The position numbers and the translations under genes are program-made. Below, one piece after another: positions 1 through 13,410 of a stretch of DNA of 64,000 bases; positions within the stretch are counted from its first letter, which is position 1, and each line of letters opens with the position of its first letter. Source of the stretch: Leucoraja ocellata (taxonomy: Eukaryota); contig JAWMAR010000263.1 in assembly GCA_036785375.1 (NCBI GenBank), positions 2,728,001 to 2,792,000 of the forward strand, given 5' to 3'. Under the pieces are notes generated by a model. That model was given only the letters and a program-made list of their open reading frames with translations. It did not search any database and was not told where the DNA came from.

Positions 1-245
1 GATTAAAGATAGCATGATAATCTCCAATTGATTATGCTGCTGGCTTTTCCGAGGCAGCGTGAAGTGCAGCTGGAGTCAATGGAAGGGAGGGTGGTTTGCG
101 AGATGGTCTGGGCTGTGTCTACAACTCTGCAATTTCATGCGGCCTTGGATGGAGCTGTTCCCAAACCATGCTGTGATGCATCTTGATTAAATGCTTGCTG
201 TGGCGCATCTGTAGAAGTTGTGGAGAGTTGTTGGGGACATGCTGA
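1..245 (-). mobile_element. Rex1/Babar LINE fragment
   Basis: Minus strand reads like NFYRC...SI...CITAWFGNSS...LQ.VV.TAQ.I, homologous in character to 33440-33600. Confidence 0.6.
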
Positions 246-251
246 ATGGTG

Positions 252-513
252 GAAACAGGCCGCGGGACAATCGCCATCGCCAGCCGGGGGGCTTTGACTT
301 TGACTCTGACATCGGGGGGTGGGGGGGGGTGGGGAGTGCAGTGGAGAGATGTTTTTTGGCCTTCCATCACAGCAATGTGATGGATGTTTATGTAAGTTAT
401 GTTGTGTCTTGGGTCTATTTGTTTGTAATGTATGGCTGCAGAAACGTCATTTCATTTGGACCTCAAGGGGTCCAAATGACAAATAAATTGAATTGAATTG
501 AATTGAATTGAAT
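252..513 (+). mobile_element. 5'-truncated copy of the GC-rich family with (AATTG)n tail
   Basis: Matches 48450-48685. TSD tgaatggtg at 243-251 and 509-517, overlapping the tail. Confidence 0.8.
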
Positions 514-661
514 GGTGTCTGTGTGGGGTTTTCATGTACACCCTGTGACTGTTTTCTCTGGTTACTCCAGTTTCCTCACATATTCTAAATAAATGGGTAG
601 GATAATTGGCTATCGTAAATTAACCCTGGAGAGGGTGAGTAGTAGAATCGAGTGGGCAGTT

Positions 662-1003
662 AAGTTTAGTTTAGTTTAATTTAATATAGTTTAGTTTAGT
701 TTAGTTTGATAATACAGCGAGAAAACAGGCCCTTCGTTCCACCAGGTCCGCGCCGACCAGTGATCCCTGCACATTAACACTATCCAACACACACTAGAGA
801 CAATTTACAATTTTACCAAGCCAATTAACCTACGAACAGGACGTCTTTGGTGTGTGGGAGGAAACTGAAGCACCCGGAGAAAGTCCACACAGGTCACTGG
901 GAGAAGGTACAAACTCCATACAGATAGCACCCATAGTCAGAATCAAACTCGGTTCTCTCGCGCTGTAAGGCAGCAAATCTACCGTCGCACCATCGTGCCG
1001 CCC
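662..1003 (-). mobile_element. HE1-type V-SINE
   Basis: tRNA-like head, V-domain ggtgcttcagtttcctcccac, (TAAAC)n tail. Confidence 0.9.
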
Positions 1004-1494
1004 CAGTTGATGGAGACGTGGGGACAATAAAATGCAATCAGTGTAGGAGTGATGTAAACACAAGCTTAAAGTATTACATGGTAGGCCCGGATGTGGTGGG
1101 CTGAAGGGTTTGTTCTCGTTCTGTCTGACGATATGTAGTCAATTAAACACAATTAGCATTTTCCTGTGTGCATTCCCACTTTTAAAATGTATTTCCACTT
1201 GTCATAATTCTTGTATGAAGCAAAGAAGCACGTCTGCTTTGAGGCACTAACAATATAATTCCGACAGTCCATGTGGGAGCTGTCTATTGGCAATATTCTT
1301 CCACATTCTATCTTACTCTATATGGCTTTGGGCTTGCCATTTCCTAATCCTCATAATTGGCTTTGGGATCTGAGTGTTAAAAAAAGAAATACATTTGCAA
1401 GCTCTGAGCAGATCAGGGGCATTCCAGCTTAAACAATGCTAGTTAGATCACAGCACTGCATACTGTTCTGGTCACCACATTGTAGGGACATTGA

Positions 1495-1803
1495 CGGGAG
1501 GCTTGCGGCAGTACTACAGCAGTTTCTGCCTTACGGTGCCAGAGACCCGAGTTCAATCCTGACTACGGGTGCTGTTGGTACGGAGTTTGTACGTTCTCCC
1601 CATGACTGCGTGGGTTTTCTCTGCGTTCTCCGGTTTCCTCCCGCACTCCAAAGACATACTGTACATGTCTGTAGGCTAATTGCCTTGGTATAATTGTAAA
1701 TTGTCCCTAGTGTGTTGGATAGTGTCACTGGTCGGCGCGGGCTCGGTGGGATGAAGGGCCGGTTCCCACGCTGTTTCTCTAAAGTGCACTACAGCTAAAC
1801 TAA
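1495..1803 (+). mobile_element. HE1-type V-SINE
   Basis: gttcaatcc B-box-like motif and V-domain. Confidence 0.85.
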
Positions 1804-2809
1804 TTATCTGCTCTAATGCATTTAAAATTTATTTTAGGATTCCAACATAATGAAATTTAGTTTTTGTATTTACTAGTATCTCATCTTCAGAATCTACTTA
1901 AGAGGGCATGTGAAATGCCAGAAAAATGTAAAACATTACTTTTATAGCATTCAAATGGAATGGCAAATTAAGAGGACATGAAATAAAATTAGCTGAACTA
2001 CCTAAATTGTGATCGATTGGCTCTCATGGTGCTGAGGAATCGTTAAAAGGCAGGAACAAAGGAGAATGTAACAACTTGACACGCAGCAGTGAAATCTCAA
2101 CGCAAGTTCACATTTTATTACCATGATGTTAACATAAAATGCCAAGATTACGGATGGCTTTGGTATTTAAGACAAGTATCCCATTAATAATATTTCTGTA
2201 ATTACACATTGAACATCAAGAGAAGCAATTGCAATGCGAAATCACATTGTCAAACAGCTGCCGACAGGTTTTCAGGCTGGCACTAACATTTAGTAAGTTT
2301 GTTTTCTTGCAAAGGGCTATTATACACATCATGCAGTCAGAGAATGGTACTAATGTCATTGACAACACACAGCGCTTGATGTGTGTCACAGAAAGACAAG
2401 ACTACAAAAATTAGTAGGATAGAAATAAGTCCTGTAGCTGCTTCTGTGTTGTTACATTCGTTCTCTATAGAATATGGTTACATAATGGAATGATTCACAA
2501 ACTGATGAACCATCATAGAATCATATTAAGTCTTCATATCAAATGATAGGATGGATGATCCTATACCATGAGAGCATTCCATGAGGTCCCGCAGGCCGTA
2601 AGATAATGGATGTAATAATGACTCACATATATCCAATAGACACAAGCATCCCCTCAAATAACATGCTAGCTTGCCCTCCCCAAAAATTCACAGCCAAACT
2701 TTGTTCTTCATTTGCGGTGTCAAACTGGAGTTGGCTTAAACCCTGCACTATGTGATGCCGAGCTGGGAGTGCTTCAACTGAGACATAGACTCACACTACT
2801 AGTCCATGC

Positions 2810-3140
2810 TGTCACACTGTGAGCAGTTATGGGCCCCATATCTGAAGATGGATGCGCTGGCATTGGAGAGGGTCCAGAGGAGGTTTACGAGAATGATCCC
2901 AGGAATGATTTAAAGGCACTGGGTCTGTACTCGCTGGAGTTTAGAAGGATGAGGAGGAACCTCTGAAACTTATCGAATAGTGAAAAGCCTGGATAGAGTG
3001 AATGTGGAGAAGATGTTTCCACTAGTGGGAGAGTCTAGGACCATAGTTTCAGAATAAAAGGACCTAACGTAGAGAAAGGAGATGAGGAGGAATTTCTTTA
3101 GTCAGAGGGTGGTGAATTTGTGGAATTCATTGCAGTGAAT
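2810..3140 (+). mobile_element. CR1 LINE fragment
   Basis: gagagggtccagaggaggtttac...cagagggtggtgaatttgtggaattc. Confidence 0.85.
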
Positions 3141-3889
3141 CTGAACCATGTTAAAAGGTGTTTAACAAGGCTATTAGTGCTGGGAGTACAGACATTACCA
3201 CATTAAGCATAATTGACATTTTTTTATTTCAAAAGCTTTTAAAAGTTGTTCATGGAAAGTTAGTTATATGGAAGTGCTTCTGTTCCACTAAAATTTATGC
3301 CTAGTGATGTACCTACTAAAAACCAAGCATAGGAACCAATGTTTATTTTTCCCAAATTATTCGCTGTGTGGAAACACTTTTGTGGTATTGGGACGAGAAA
3401 ACAGGATATGAATGCAAATGCAATGCATTCTTTTTCAGTAATAACAGATCAACTTGTCCGCTACAACATTTCCTGCCCTCTGTTTTTCTTAATTTCCAGG
3501 CAAGATGTATAATATGACAATTAGGTCATCGTAGTTTAAAGTTTGATGCCTATTAAAGGATTTTAATGGGAAATTGTGCAATGCAGAGGGAGGCACACAG
3601 CAGACTGTCTCAATCAGAATTCTCCAGCAGCTTGTAAATCTATCAGTCTCGAGCCTTATAAAAGAAAGGTTTTCAAAATAGCTGCCTGGCCTCTCAGCAG
3701 TCTTAAGAACTATTAATGGTCCATTAAGGTACAGTATTTCTTCATCGTTCATGCTTTGTTGATTCTCCGCTCTGCTTGACACATGCACCTCTCGTGTATA
3801 TGAAAGAGGAAAGGTTCAAGAGCTTGGTCGTGTTGAGGGAAAGACGGTGCACGCAAATGCCATCAGCAGCTTATGCTTCAAGACTGACA

Positions 3890-4300
3890 GCTTAATGTTC
3901 CAGGGTACAGGTGCTACAGGGAGGACAGAGGTCTAAGAGGAGGGGGTGCTGCTTTATTGATTAAGGAGAATGTCATGGCAGTAGTCCGATATGACATTAC
4001 CAATGGTCCATCCAGTGATGGTGGGGCTGAGAAATAAATAAAGGGGATGATCACATTGGGGGCATACTATATGCCCCCAAATAGTCAATGCGAATTAGAA
4101 GAACAAATATGCCAGGAGAATGCGGGCAGCTGCAAGACTAATAAGGTTATCATAGTAGTGGATTTTAACTCTATAAATTAACAATACATGTTAGGACTGT
4201 CTAATACCAATGGCTTAGATGGGGTGGAATTTGTCAAATATGTTCAGGAAATTTTCCTCAGACTATGTGTAGAAGGTGCTACAAGGGAGAGGGCAAAGCT
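3890..4300 (+). mobile_element. Old CR1 ORF2 endonuclease-region fragment
   Basis: Decayed GYRC.R.DR...ALLIKEN, Y.PPNS and DFN motifs. Continues at ~5755 after an intervening element. Confidence 0.65.
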
Positions 4301-4301
4301 T

Positions 4302-5740
4302 TAGCAATGTTACAAAATTTTGAGATTTAAAAAATCAAGTCAGCAATTTATCCCATCAGATAAAACATAAAAATAAGTTTAATTTGACACCTAATTGACT
4401 TTCATATCTTCAGTAGGTTATGGTCATTTTCATACTCGGAAATTAACATCTTGTTTCCTATTGCTTTTCCATTGACTTAACACAAAAGCTGTGATCAAGT
4501 CAGTCAAAAGCCCATAACTTTCTTAAAAATTAAGAGATCTGAATGAAATTTTCAGTTATTATAGATCGAAGCATTCTGAAACAAATATAAAACGTCTTAC
4601 TTGGATGACCTGAAATTAAAACCTATAATTAGTTAATTACCTAATTGCAGCTAATTACAAAATTGACCGTTTTGACGGAAATAGTAATAAACACCCAGAC
4701 TGCCTTGAAAATTCAAAAATGTGATATTCTCAAGATCAGAACTTTAATATTATTGTATAATATGCTGTAAGTCTGTAACAGATAGGTAAATAAATTACAA
4801 TTTCTAGCAATAGACCAAGTCTTTTTGGAGAAGATCAGTTGCTAGCTGTTACGTTGGCATATCATAATCAGTAGCATCATCATACTCCTCAGATTGTAAC
4901 CAATAAGCAACTCTGTACACCATGTTTTTCCTCAACTTTTTAATTTTGGCATTGTAAACTACAAGTTTTTGCTTTTCAAACCACACATGACATGCCTTTC
5001 TGCCCACTACTTTCCCATTAAGAATGTCCTGTAGATTCAATTTCTTAAGAATAGGATCATTTTTTTAAACAGCCTAAGAATCCAAATAATAAACTAATCC
5101 CATTCACACAAGAATTCACAATAAAACATGCTATTTAAATCTCACTGTCATGAATTTATATGCCAGATGGAAGGAATTTAATGTTTAATTCCCATAAATT
5201 AATCTAGAAACATCCACTTTCAATATAATCAAAATTATTATTTTTTGCACAATAAATGTGGCTAAAAGTGTTGTGTATATTTAGTTTAAAAATATGAATT
5301 ATAAATGGACAATGACACAAAATATAGATGATTTAGATACTCTTATGACATGATTGTCCAAAAAAAAGACCATTTAAATCTTCTTGCGAGTGGGTGTTTC
5401 TGGAATGCGATCGATTGGAACGTTGCATTTGCGGTGAATTTGGCAGGAGAATATCGGCAGGAAAGGCACTGCCGGTTCGTATGGGGCCCAAATCACATTT
5501 TTGCAAAGTAAAATTAGATTAAAGCCACCCCAAGAAGCAAGATTATATGTAAAATACACGACTTACCCTTTCTTTTGTCCTCATATTGCGATCCGTCACG
5601 TTGTTGGCGTTGAGGGTGTTCAAGGTCGCTTTTTATTTTAATCAAACTATTAGATTGTCTAGCGATTAAAAAAAAAAAAATGGGAACGGACGTCCGATCC
5701 ATTTTTCTTCACTGACTCGCAGCCCGAAGAAATATTTAAG
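4302..5740. mobile_element. AT-rich DNA-transposon-derived insertion (possibly Kolobok-like) carrying a protein-coding remnant
   Basis: Splits a CR1 ORF2 and begins agcaatgttacaaaattttgag. Minus-strand remnant LNLQDILNGKVVGRKACHVWF...YRVAYW...DYDMPT*QLATDLLQKDLVYC. Only one terminus is recognisable. Confidence 0.5.
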
Positions 5741-5754
5741 TTTAATGACAGGGT

Positions 5755-6447
5755 GAGGCATGTTAAAATTCTAAATTGAGGCAAGGCCAACTTTGATGGC
5801 ATTAGGCAGGAACTTGCTAAAATTGATTGGAATAGGTTGTGGGAAAAGGGATCATCCGGGATGCTTCTAAAAGTGTGATGACAAAGGTTCAGGGGGGAGT
5901 AAGGAAGTCTGGATGATGAGAGAAATTGAGGCCTTGGTCAGAAAAAAGGAGACATGGGTCGGGTATAAGGAACTGAGATGAGGTGTATCCCTGGAGGAGT
6001 TTCAGGAACCGAGGAGCATAATTAAGAAAAAATCAGGAGTGCAAAAAGAGGGCAGGAGATAACTCTGATAGATAAATTTCAGGAGAATGGAAATAGATTT
6101 TATGTACATTAAGGGGAAAGTGTAAAAAAGGAGAATAATGCCCTTCAGAAACCAATGCAGTTATCTTTGTGTGTAGTTGCAGGAGATGTGGCATATAAGT
6201 ATTTCTCCTCTGTTTTCACCAGAGAGAGGCATGAAGACTGGGGAACTTGTAACAGTTAATGGTGATGTCTTGAGGACAGTCCATATTATGGTGCTGGATA
6301 TCCTCAGGTGTATGAGGGTAGATAATTCTCCCAGGTCTGATCAGATATATCTGAGGACACAGTGGGAAGCTAGAGAAGATATTACAAGAGCACTGGCTGA
6401 GATAAAGGATCCATTATCAGGTACGGGTGACGTGCTGGAAGACTGGT
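5755..6447 (+). mobile_element. Old CR1 ORF2 fragment (between endonuclease and RT)
   Basis: KANF..IRQEL...DW, WM.REI..LV.KK and SP..DQIY.R.. motifs. Homologous to 40130-40900. Confidence 0.75.
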
Positions 6448-6775
6448 CATTCAAAACTAAAGGTCTTTTCAATATCAATGTTTATTTTTTATTACTGCAA
6501 GCTTAAAGTACTACAGATTATAGCTTACATTGTTCCACAGAGTATTGTTGCACACAAGTCAATAGACATTTTATCAGTTTCCTTGGCCACCTGCAGTTAA
6601 AAATAACAGCTGTGTTTTCAAGAGACAATTGCTTCTGATTGCTGCGAGAGGTCACATGGAAACAGTTTTCCTATACTGTTTAAATCAAAGATTGCTTTTT
6701 TTCTGCTTGTCAAATTCCAAAGTAATTATTAAGTGGTTTACTAGTTCCAGAATGAAATCGTTTTATAGTCAATTC

Positions 6776-7596
6776 AGTCTAGTTTTGTTTAGTTTTGTTT
6801 AGAGGTACAGCATGGAAACAGGCCCTTCGCCCCACCGAGTCCGGACCAATCTGCAATCCCCACACATTAACACAATCCTACACACACTAGGGCCAATTCA
6901 CAATTATATCAAGCCATTTAACCTACAAACCTATACGTCTTTGGAGTGTGGGAGGAAACTGGAGATATCAGAGAAAACACACGCAGGTTACGTGGAGAAT
7001 GTATAGAAACATAGAAAATGGGTGCAGGAGGAGGCCATTCGACCCTTCGAGCCAGCACCACCATTCATTGTGATCATGAATGATCGTCCCCTATCAATAA
7101 TCCGTGCCTGCCTTCTCCCCATATCCCTTGACTCCACTAACCCCTAGAGCTCTATCTAACTCTCTCTTAAATCCATTCAGTGACTTGGCCCCTACTGCCC
7201 CCGGTGGCAGGGAATTCCATAAATTCACAACTCTCTGGGTGAAAAAGTTTTTTCTCACCTCAGTCTTAAATGACTTCCCCTTTATTCTAAGACTGTGGCC
7301 CCTGGTTCTGGACTCGCCCAACATTGGGAACATTTTTCCTGCATCTAGCTTGTCCAGTCCTTTTATAATTGTAAATGTTTCTATAAGATATCCCCTCATC
7401 CTTCTAAATCCCAGTGAATACAAGCCTAGTCTTTTCAATCTTTCCTCATATGACAATCCCGCCATCCCAGGAATCTATTTCGTGAACCTACGCTGCACTG
7501 CCTCAATCACAATGTATAAACAAGTACCTGTAGTCAGGGTCGAACCCGGGTCTCTGGCGCGACACACGTTACCAGCTCTATCGCAGCACCACCGTG
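6776..7596 (-). mobile_element. HE1-type V-SINE interrupted by HER1
   Basis: 3' half at 6776-7005 and 5' half at 7519-7596. Confidence 0.85.
7003..7512 (-). mobile_element. HER1/CR1 LINE 3' fragment nested in an HE1 SINE
   Basis: ORF2 C-terminus GLSYEERLKRLGLYSL...TRGHSLRI...FFTQRVVNLWNSLP, (TTTCTATG)n tail, TSD aatgtata at 6998-7005 / 7511-7518. Confidence 0.92.
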
Positions 7597-7757
7597 TATA
7601 ATGAAAAGTGTTCCTTAATTCATCACTCGCATTATATCAATTATTTTAATTTATTTTATTTTATTGAACTTTTTTAAATGTTTATTTATTGTTTTATCGA
7701 TTGAGTAATGTGTTTACAAACTTATTGTGCTGCTGCAAGCAAGGGTTTCATTGTCCC

Positions 7758-8003
7758 ATGTTCTCCCTTTGACCGCGTGGGTTTTCTCTGGGTGCTCTGC
7801 TTTCCTCCCACTTTCCAAAGATGTGCAGGTTTGTAGGATAATTGCCTTCTGTAAATTGCCCCCTCATGTGCAGGAAGCAAAAGTAGGATAACATAAAACA
7901 TGTGTGCAGGTTGACGCCCAATTACAGTTTTATCAAGAGATAGTCGGCGTGGACTTAGTGGGCCAAAGGGCCTGTTTCCTTTCCTGCATCTCTAAACCAA
8001 ACC
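7758..8003 (+). mobile_element. V-SINE, 5'-truncated
   Basis: V-domain and 3' tail. Confidence 0.8.
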
Positions 8004-8487
8004 AGTTCAAACTAATTAGCAAAGAGTGAAACCGTATTTGTAGCCTATAGGAGCATTGTGAGTGGAAAAGTGGGAAGAACTCATTCAATACGCCTTTGAG
8101 TATTGCTGAAAACCATGGTCAAACCAAGAGGCATAACGTCACAAATGACAGGAGCAGAAATAAACCATTCAGCCCATCAAGTCTACTCAATCATGGCTGA
8201 TCCATCTCTCCCTTCTAACCCCATTACCCTGCCTTCTCCCCATAACCCTTGACACCCGTACTAATCAGGAATCTACTGTATCTATCTCTGCCTTAACAAT
8301 ATCCATTGACTGATCCATTGAGCAGCTGAAGCATTCTAACCTGCCCAGTCCAGGAGGCTTCAATAGGTGAGACAACAAGCAAGGGAGATGCCACCCGTGC
8401 ATAAAGGGCCTCCAGGCAAATGCTATTTCTAGAGCTACAAGCAGAGGGAGCTGTGGCCAGAGGCATAGATCTGACCATGAAGAATGA

Positions 8488-9027
8488 TGAAGGTAGACAA
8501 AAAATGATGGAGAAACTCAGCGTATGAGGCAGCATCTGTGGAGAAAAGGAGTAGGCGACGTTTCGGGTCGAGACCCTTCTTCAGACTAATGTTGGGGGAG
8601 GGGGTGGGAAAAAGAAAGGAAGAGGCGGAGACAGTAGTCTATGTGGGAGAGCTGGGAAGGGGGAGGGGTAGGAGGGAGAAAGCAAGGACTATCTGAAATT
8701 AGAAAATTCAATGTTCGTATCGCTAGGGTGTAAGCTATCTAAGCAAAATATAAGGTGTTGTTCCTCCAATTTGCGCTGGGACTCACTCTGGCCATGGAGA
8801 AGGCCCAGGATAGAAGGGTCAGATTGGGAATGGGAGGGGTAGTTGAAGTACTGGGCAACCGGGAGATCAGGTAGGTTAGTACGGACTGAGCGGAGGTGTA
8901 GGGCGAAGCGGTGGCTTGGTCTCGCCGATGTAGAGGAGGTGACACCTACGACAGCGGATGCAGTAGATGAGGTTGGAGAAGGTGCAGGTGAACCTGTGCC
9001 TCACCTGGAAAGACTGTTGGGGTCCTA
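8488..9027 (-). mobile_element. Penelope-like element 3' fragment (GIY-YIG endonuclease + pseudo-LTR)
   Basis: Minus-strand translation contains FTCTFSNLIYCIRCRRCHLLYIGETK (GIY-YIG motif) and later KLEEQHLIF.....HPS..NIEFSNFR*. Followed by a hammerhead-containing tail. Confidence 0.85.
8557..8584 (-). ncRNA. Minimal type I hammerhead ribozyme motif (Penelope-associated)
   Basis: CUGAAGA-A-GGGU(CUCG)ACCC-GAAAC-GUC with an intact core. Confidence 0.65.
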
Positions 9028-10434
9028 AGAATGGTGATGTATTTGCGAGTTTCTCTTTCTTATATCCTTCATCCTCTAACAGCTTCTGATTTACTAAACA
9101 GGGATGGAATAAGCATTCCCTGTCTCCATTCCACAAAACGGGGTGGGGAAAATAGGGTGGGGAGAAGAGGGTGGCGGGAAGGGGGAAGTGGGAAGTGGGG
9201 TGGGGGAGGGGGAGGGGGGTAAAGGGGAAAAGCATGGTGGGAAAGGAGGAAGGATGAGGTTTGGGGGGAAATAAGCTCATAAGTGATAGGAGTAGCATTA
9301 GGCCATTTGGCCACTCTGCCATTCAATCATGACTGATCTATCTCTCTTTCCTAACCCCATTCTCCTGCCCTCTTCCCATAGCCTCTGACACAAAGTGGAC
9401 AGAAGGACCTGAATCCATGCTTACAGCTCAATACCTCTATGTATTCCCATGTGGGATAAGGCCCCTGCAAGGAGCAACATTTATATTATTTATTTATTTA
9501 TTACTTATTAATTAATTAATTATTTCGTCAGTAGTTCTAGTGAAACGCTGAATATAATTCTTATACCTGCATTTAGTGTATCACCACAAATGACAGACAA
9601 AGAAAAGCTTCAAAAGCACTGTTATGAATTTGCTAACAGCGAGTAGGAGAATTCTTATTCCTTTTTCTCTCCTGCTGTGACTGACTTCAAAGTGATTATC
9701 CCTTTCGCTATTCATACTGTATTTGTGTTACTAATGGAAACTCCATTGTTGCTATCAAACAGTCTAGAAAGCGGGAACTGGGAACAAAATAAAAGACAAG
9801 ACTGCACTGCTCAAGGACTCACAGCATCTGAATGATCTATATCTCCCTCCTAACCCCATTCTCCTGCCTTCTCCCCAAAACGTCTGACACCCGTACTAAT
9901 CAAGCATCTGTCTATCTCTGCTTTAAAAATATCCACTGACTTGGTCTCTGCAGCCTTCTGTAGCAAAGAATTCCATAGATTCACCTCCCTCTGACTAAAG
10001 GGGCAAGGAGAGGCAGAGTTAGGGAAGTGGGGAAGGAGGGGAGCAGCAGGTGGTGGAAGTGGCTTCCTTCTTTTCAGATTCTCCAACCAGACCATGTTGT
10101 GTTGGCTCAGCGCTAAGGGTGTACGTCAGAAGGCACATTTTCACTCATGGCTCGGCTGCCACTAAATAAAGTAGAAATCATTTTTCAGGTGGCACCTGCC
10201 TAGGATGAGTCACTGACTATGGGAGTCTTTCTGGCACGGCAGGCAAACTGGTGGGAAACGGGGAAGGGGAGCAAATTAGGACTTTGACGGGACAGGCTTC
10301 AGAAGTAGATTGATGGGTGTGCACAATGACGTGTTTGGCACACTGACAGTTTTATCAAGGGACCCAGGAGAATCCAGCCCTAATTAAAATACGAGCAGAC
10401 ATAAAATAAAAATGGACAATGGGCAGTGAGCAAT

Positions 10435-10610
10435 GTGTAGGGAGGAACTGCAGACGTTCGTTTACATCGAGGATCGACACACAATGCTGGAGTAACTCAG
10501 CGGGACAGGCAGAATCTCTGGAGAAGGTCTCGACCCGAAATGTCACCCGTTCCTTCTGTCCAGAGATGCTGCCTGTCCCGCTGAGTTACTCCAGCATCTT
10601 GTGCTTATCT
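10435..10610. repeat. Penelope-derived fold-back element
   Basis: atgctggagtaactcagcgggacaggcag ... ctgcctgtcccgctgagttactccagcat inverted arms. Confidence 0.75.
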
Positions 10611-12017
10611 TTTGGCAGTGAGCAATGATGGCTAATCATTGAAAGTGCGTAATTATGCAATCAATATGCTCAATGTTAAGAGCTGGAAATGTCAATTGGT
10701 TTTAAAATGTTTTAAAGTATTATTTCGTATGCCACTTAATTAGACATGAAAGAATTTGGGAGAATCATTATATATGACCCTTTTATTATATTCCAATCAA
10801 TAATAAACCAACCCTGATATTCTGCTGGGAACAGGCAAGCTGACTCCCTGACTCCTCAAACATTAATTCTGCAAAGGTTAATGCAGCATTTATTTTGATT
10901 AAGGTTCAAATAAAACTAGCAGTACAATTGGACAAGACATCTGTTTCAAATTTCTCACCAATCCAGGCAATAACCTCTGATTAACACATTTTAGAGTTTT
11001 GCGGGTGTAAATTTTAATATTGATTCATCACATACGTTAATATTTGCTCAATATTTAGTCACTACAGCATTAGTGGGTGCTTTGAAAAAAGTTGCATTGA
11101 GCTTGTTTTAGTTAATAAAATTCCTTTTTAAGTTCAAAACCATAATTGTTTTCAATTTGAACATAATGAGTGCGGCAGCAATGTACTTAAATCATTATTT
11201 GGCTCTATTTATAGCAATGAACATCTGAAATGTGAGTTCCTTGTGAGTTTACAGTAACTTAATAACAATTGGTAGTTGGTGTCATTGCTAAAAGCAATCA
11301 CAAATATGTTATGCCAAAACTACTGATGTTAACAGGGTGCATTGCACTTAAATAGCAATGTGCTCCTTGGAAGACGAGTTGTTAACACAATGAACTGTAG
11401 AAAAATAAAATTGCAGCTGAACTAATAGTAATTCACTGTGTTCTGTGATTCATCAATACTGCAGTAAGCAGGCGAAATTTTAAATATCTCATTCATCACC
11501 CATGCGCATCTATCATGATGAATGTTGGGCATCATTGCTCATAGCATGAAGCAAGATATTTCTTGTGTGGTATGTAAAAACTGACAACAAAGATTTTTCC
11601 TCTTGTTATTATGCTACAAAATTAATTGAAACATCCTACTAGTTCCATACTATACATTTGGTGATGAAAGTTCATCAATCAGTACTGCACATTTTGAATG
11701 TTCGTCTGTATAAATATTAACATCAATAAGAAAACCTTTTCAAGAGTGTTATGTGCAGTAGGTCAGTACAACATTACACTTTGTAGAGTGTTTGTTCTCT
11801 GTGGGTTTCTGAGACATGACACTCAAACATATGCTAGACATTGTGAGGTCTGAGTAGAATGTGAGCATCAGACTCCAGACACAGGTTTAAGACTTGCTCT
11901 AGGAGTGGTTAAAGATTATCTTTCTTATCAGCTCTGCTTCTGGGGATTCAAATCATTGATCAGATTCCTTTCTTAACCTCAAAAATAGCCTTTGCCCACA
12001 GTCTCCCCTGGCACCTG

Positions 12018-12293
12018 GCGGCACGGTGGCACAGTGGCAGCAGAGACCAGGGTTTGATCCTGACCACGGGTGCTGTCTGTATGGAGTTTGTTCACTCTCC
12101 TCGTGATCTTCTGGGTGCTCCAGTTTTCTTCTGCACTCTAAAGATATACAGGTTTTTAGGCTAATTGCCTTGGTAAATTTGTAAACTGTCCCTAGTGTGT
12201 CAGATAGTATTAGTGTGCGGGGTTCACTGGTTGGCAAGGACTTGGTGGGCCGAAGGGCCTGTTTCTGCGCTGTATCTCTAAACTAAACTAAAC
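12018..12293 (+). mobile_element. HE1-type V-SINE
   Basis: ggcggcacggtggc head through (ctaaa)n tail. Confidence 0.9.
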
Positions 12294-12719
12294 CCTCCTG
12301 ATGTTCTTGAGGTCTCTTCCTGTGGCATAGATCATCCCCTTTGCGGTTCATTCTTCAATCATCTTTGCATCTCACTCTGCCTTGCCCTCACTGCCCTACT
12401 CTTACCCCACAACCTGTTCAATAAATCCTTATCAATACCTCCTTTTCACAATAAATGCTGCACATTCTCTTCCTCACTGGAGCTACTTCTCTTAATTAAA
12501 TTTGGAGGCTTTTCACTTTGTCAGAGAATCATGGCCATGGACTTTTACAGCATGGAAGCCTGACCTTTCACCTAACTCATCCATGCCACCCAAAATTCCC
12601 CATCTAAACTAGTTCCATTTGCCCATGTTTGGTCCAAATCCATCTCAACCTTTCCTATAAATGTACCTGTCCAAGTGTCTTTTAAATGTTGTTATAGTAC
12701 ATGCCTCCATTATTGTACT

Positions 12720-13410
12720 TGGACATAAATGTACAGTAGATGGTTGATAAGTAAGTTTGCAGATAGCACCAAGATTATTGGGTGTTACAGACAGTGAGGA
12801 AGGCTGTCAAAGTATACAGTGGGATAGAGATCAGCGACAGAAATGGGCAGAGAAAAGGGCAGATGCAGTTTAATCTGAGCAAGTGTGAGGTGTTGCTCTT
12901 TGGGAGGTTGAAGGTAAAGAGAAAATATACAATTAATAACAAGACTGTTAACATCATTGATGTACAGAGAGGTCTTGAGGTCCAAGTTCATAACTCTCTG
13001 ACTTGTGGCAATACATGTCGATAGAGTGATAAGGAAGGAATATGGTGTGCTTGCCTTCATTGATCAAGGCAAGGAAATCATAATGCAGTTATATAGGACA
13101 CTCATTAGGTTGCATTTGGAGGATTGCATGCAGTTCTGGTCACCACAATACTTAAAGGATGTGGAGGCTTTGGAACGTTTGAAGTGGAGGTTTACCCGAA
13201 TGATGCTGGATTACAGGGTATTAGTTACAAGGAGAGGTTGAACAGATTCCGATTGTTGGCTCTGGAAAGCCAGAGGTTGGGGAGAGACCTGATAAAAATG
13301 TATAAAATTATATATAGCATAGATACGGTAGAGCCTTTGCCCCAGGATGGGAATATCAAATACTAGAAGGCATAGCATTAAGGTGAGAGGTGTATAGTTT
13401 AAAGAGGACA
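12720..13410 (+). mobile_element. Old CR1 RT fragment
   Basis: SKFAD.TKI, QMQFNLSKCEV..FGR and LIRLHLEDCMQFWSP motifs. Confidence 0.8.

Noticed and set aside
9140-9270. G-run tract with G-quadruplex potential
   Set aside because: Intergenic low-complexity sequence between repeats, common in this genome, with no sign of function.
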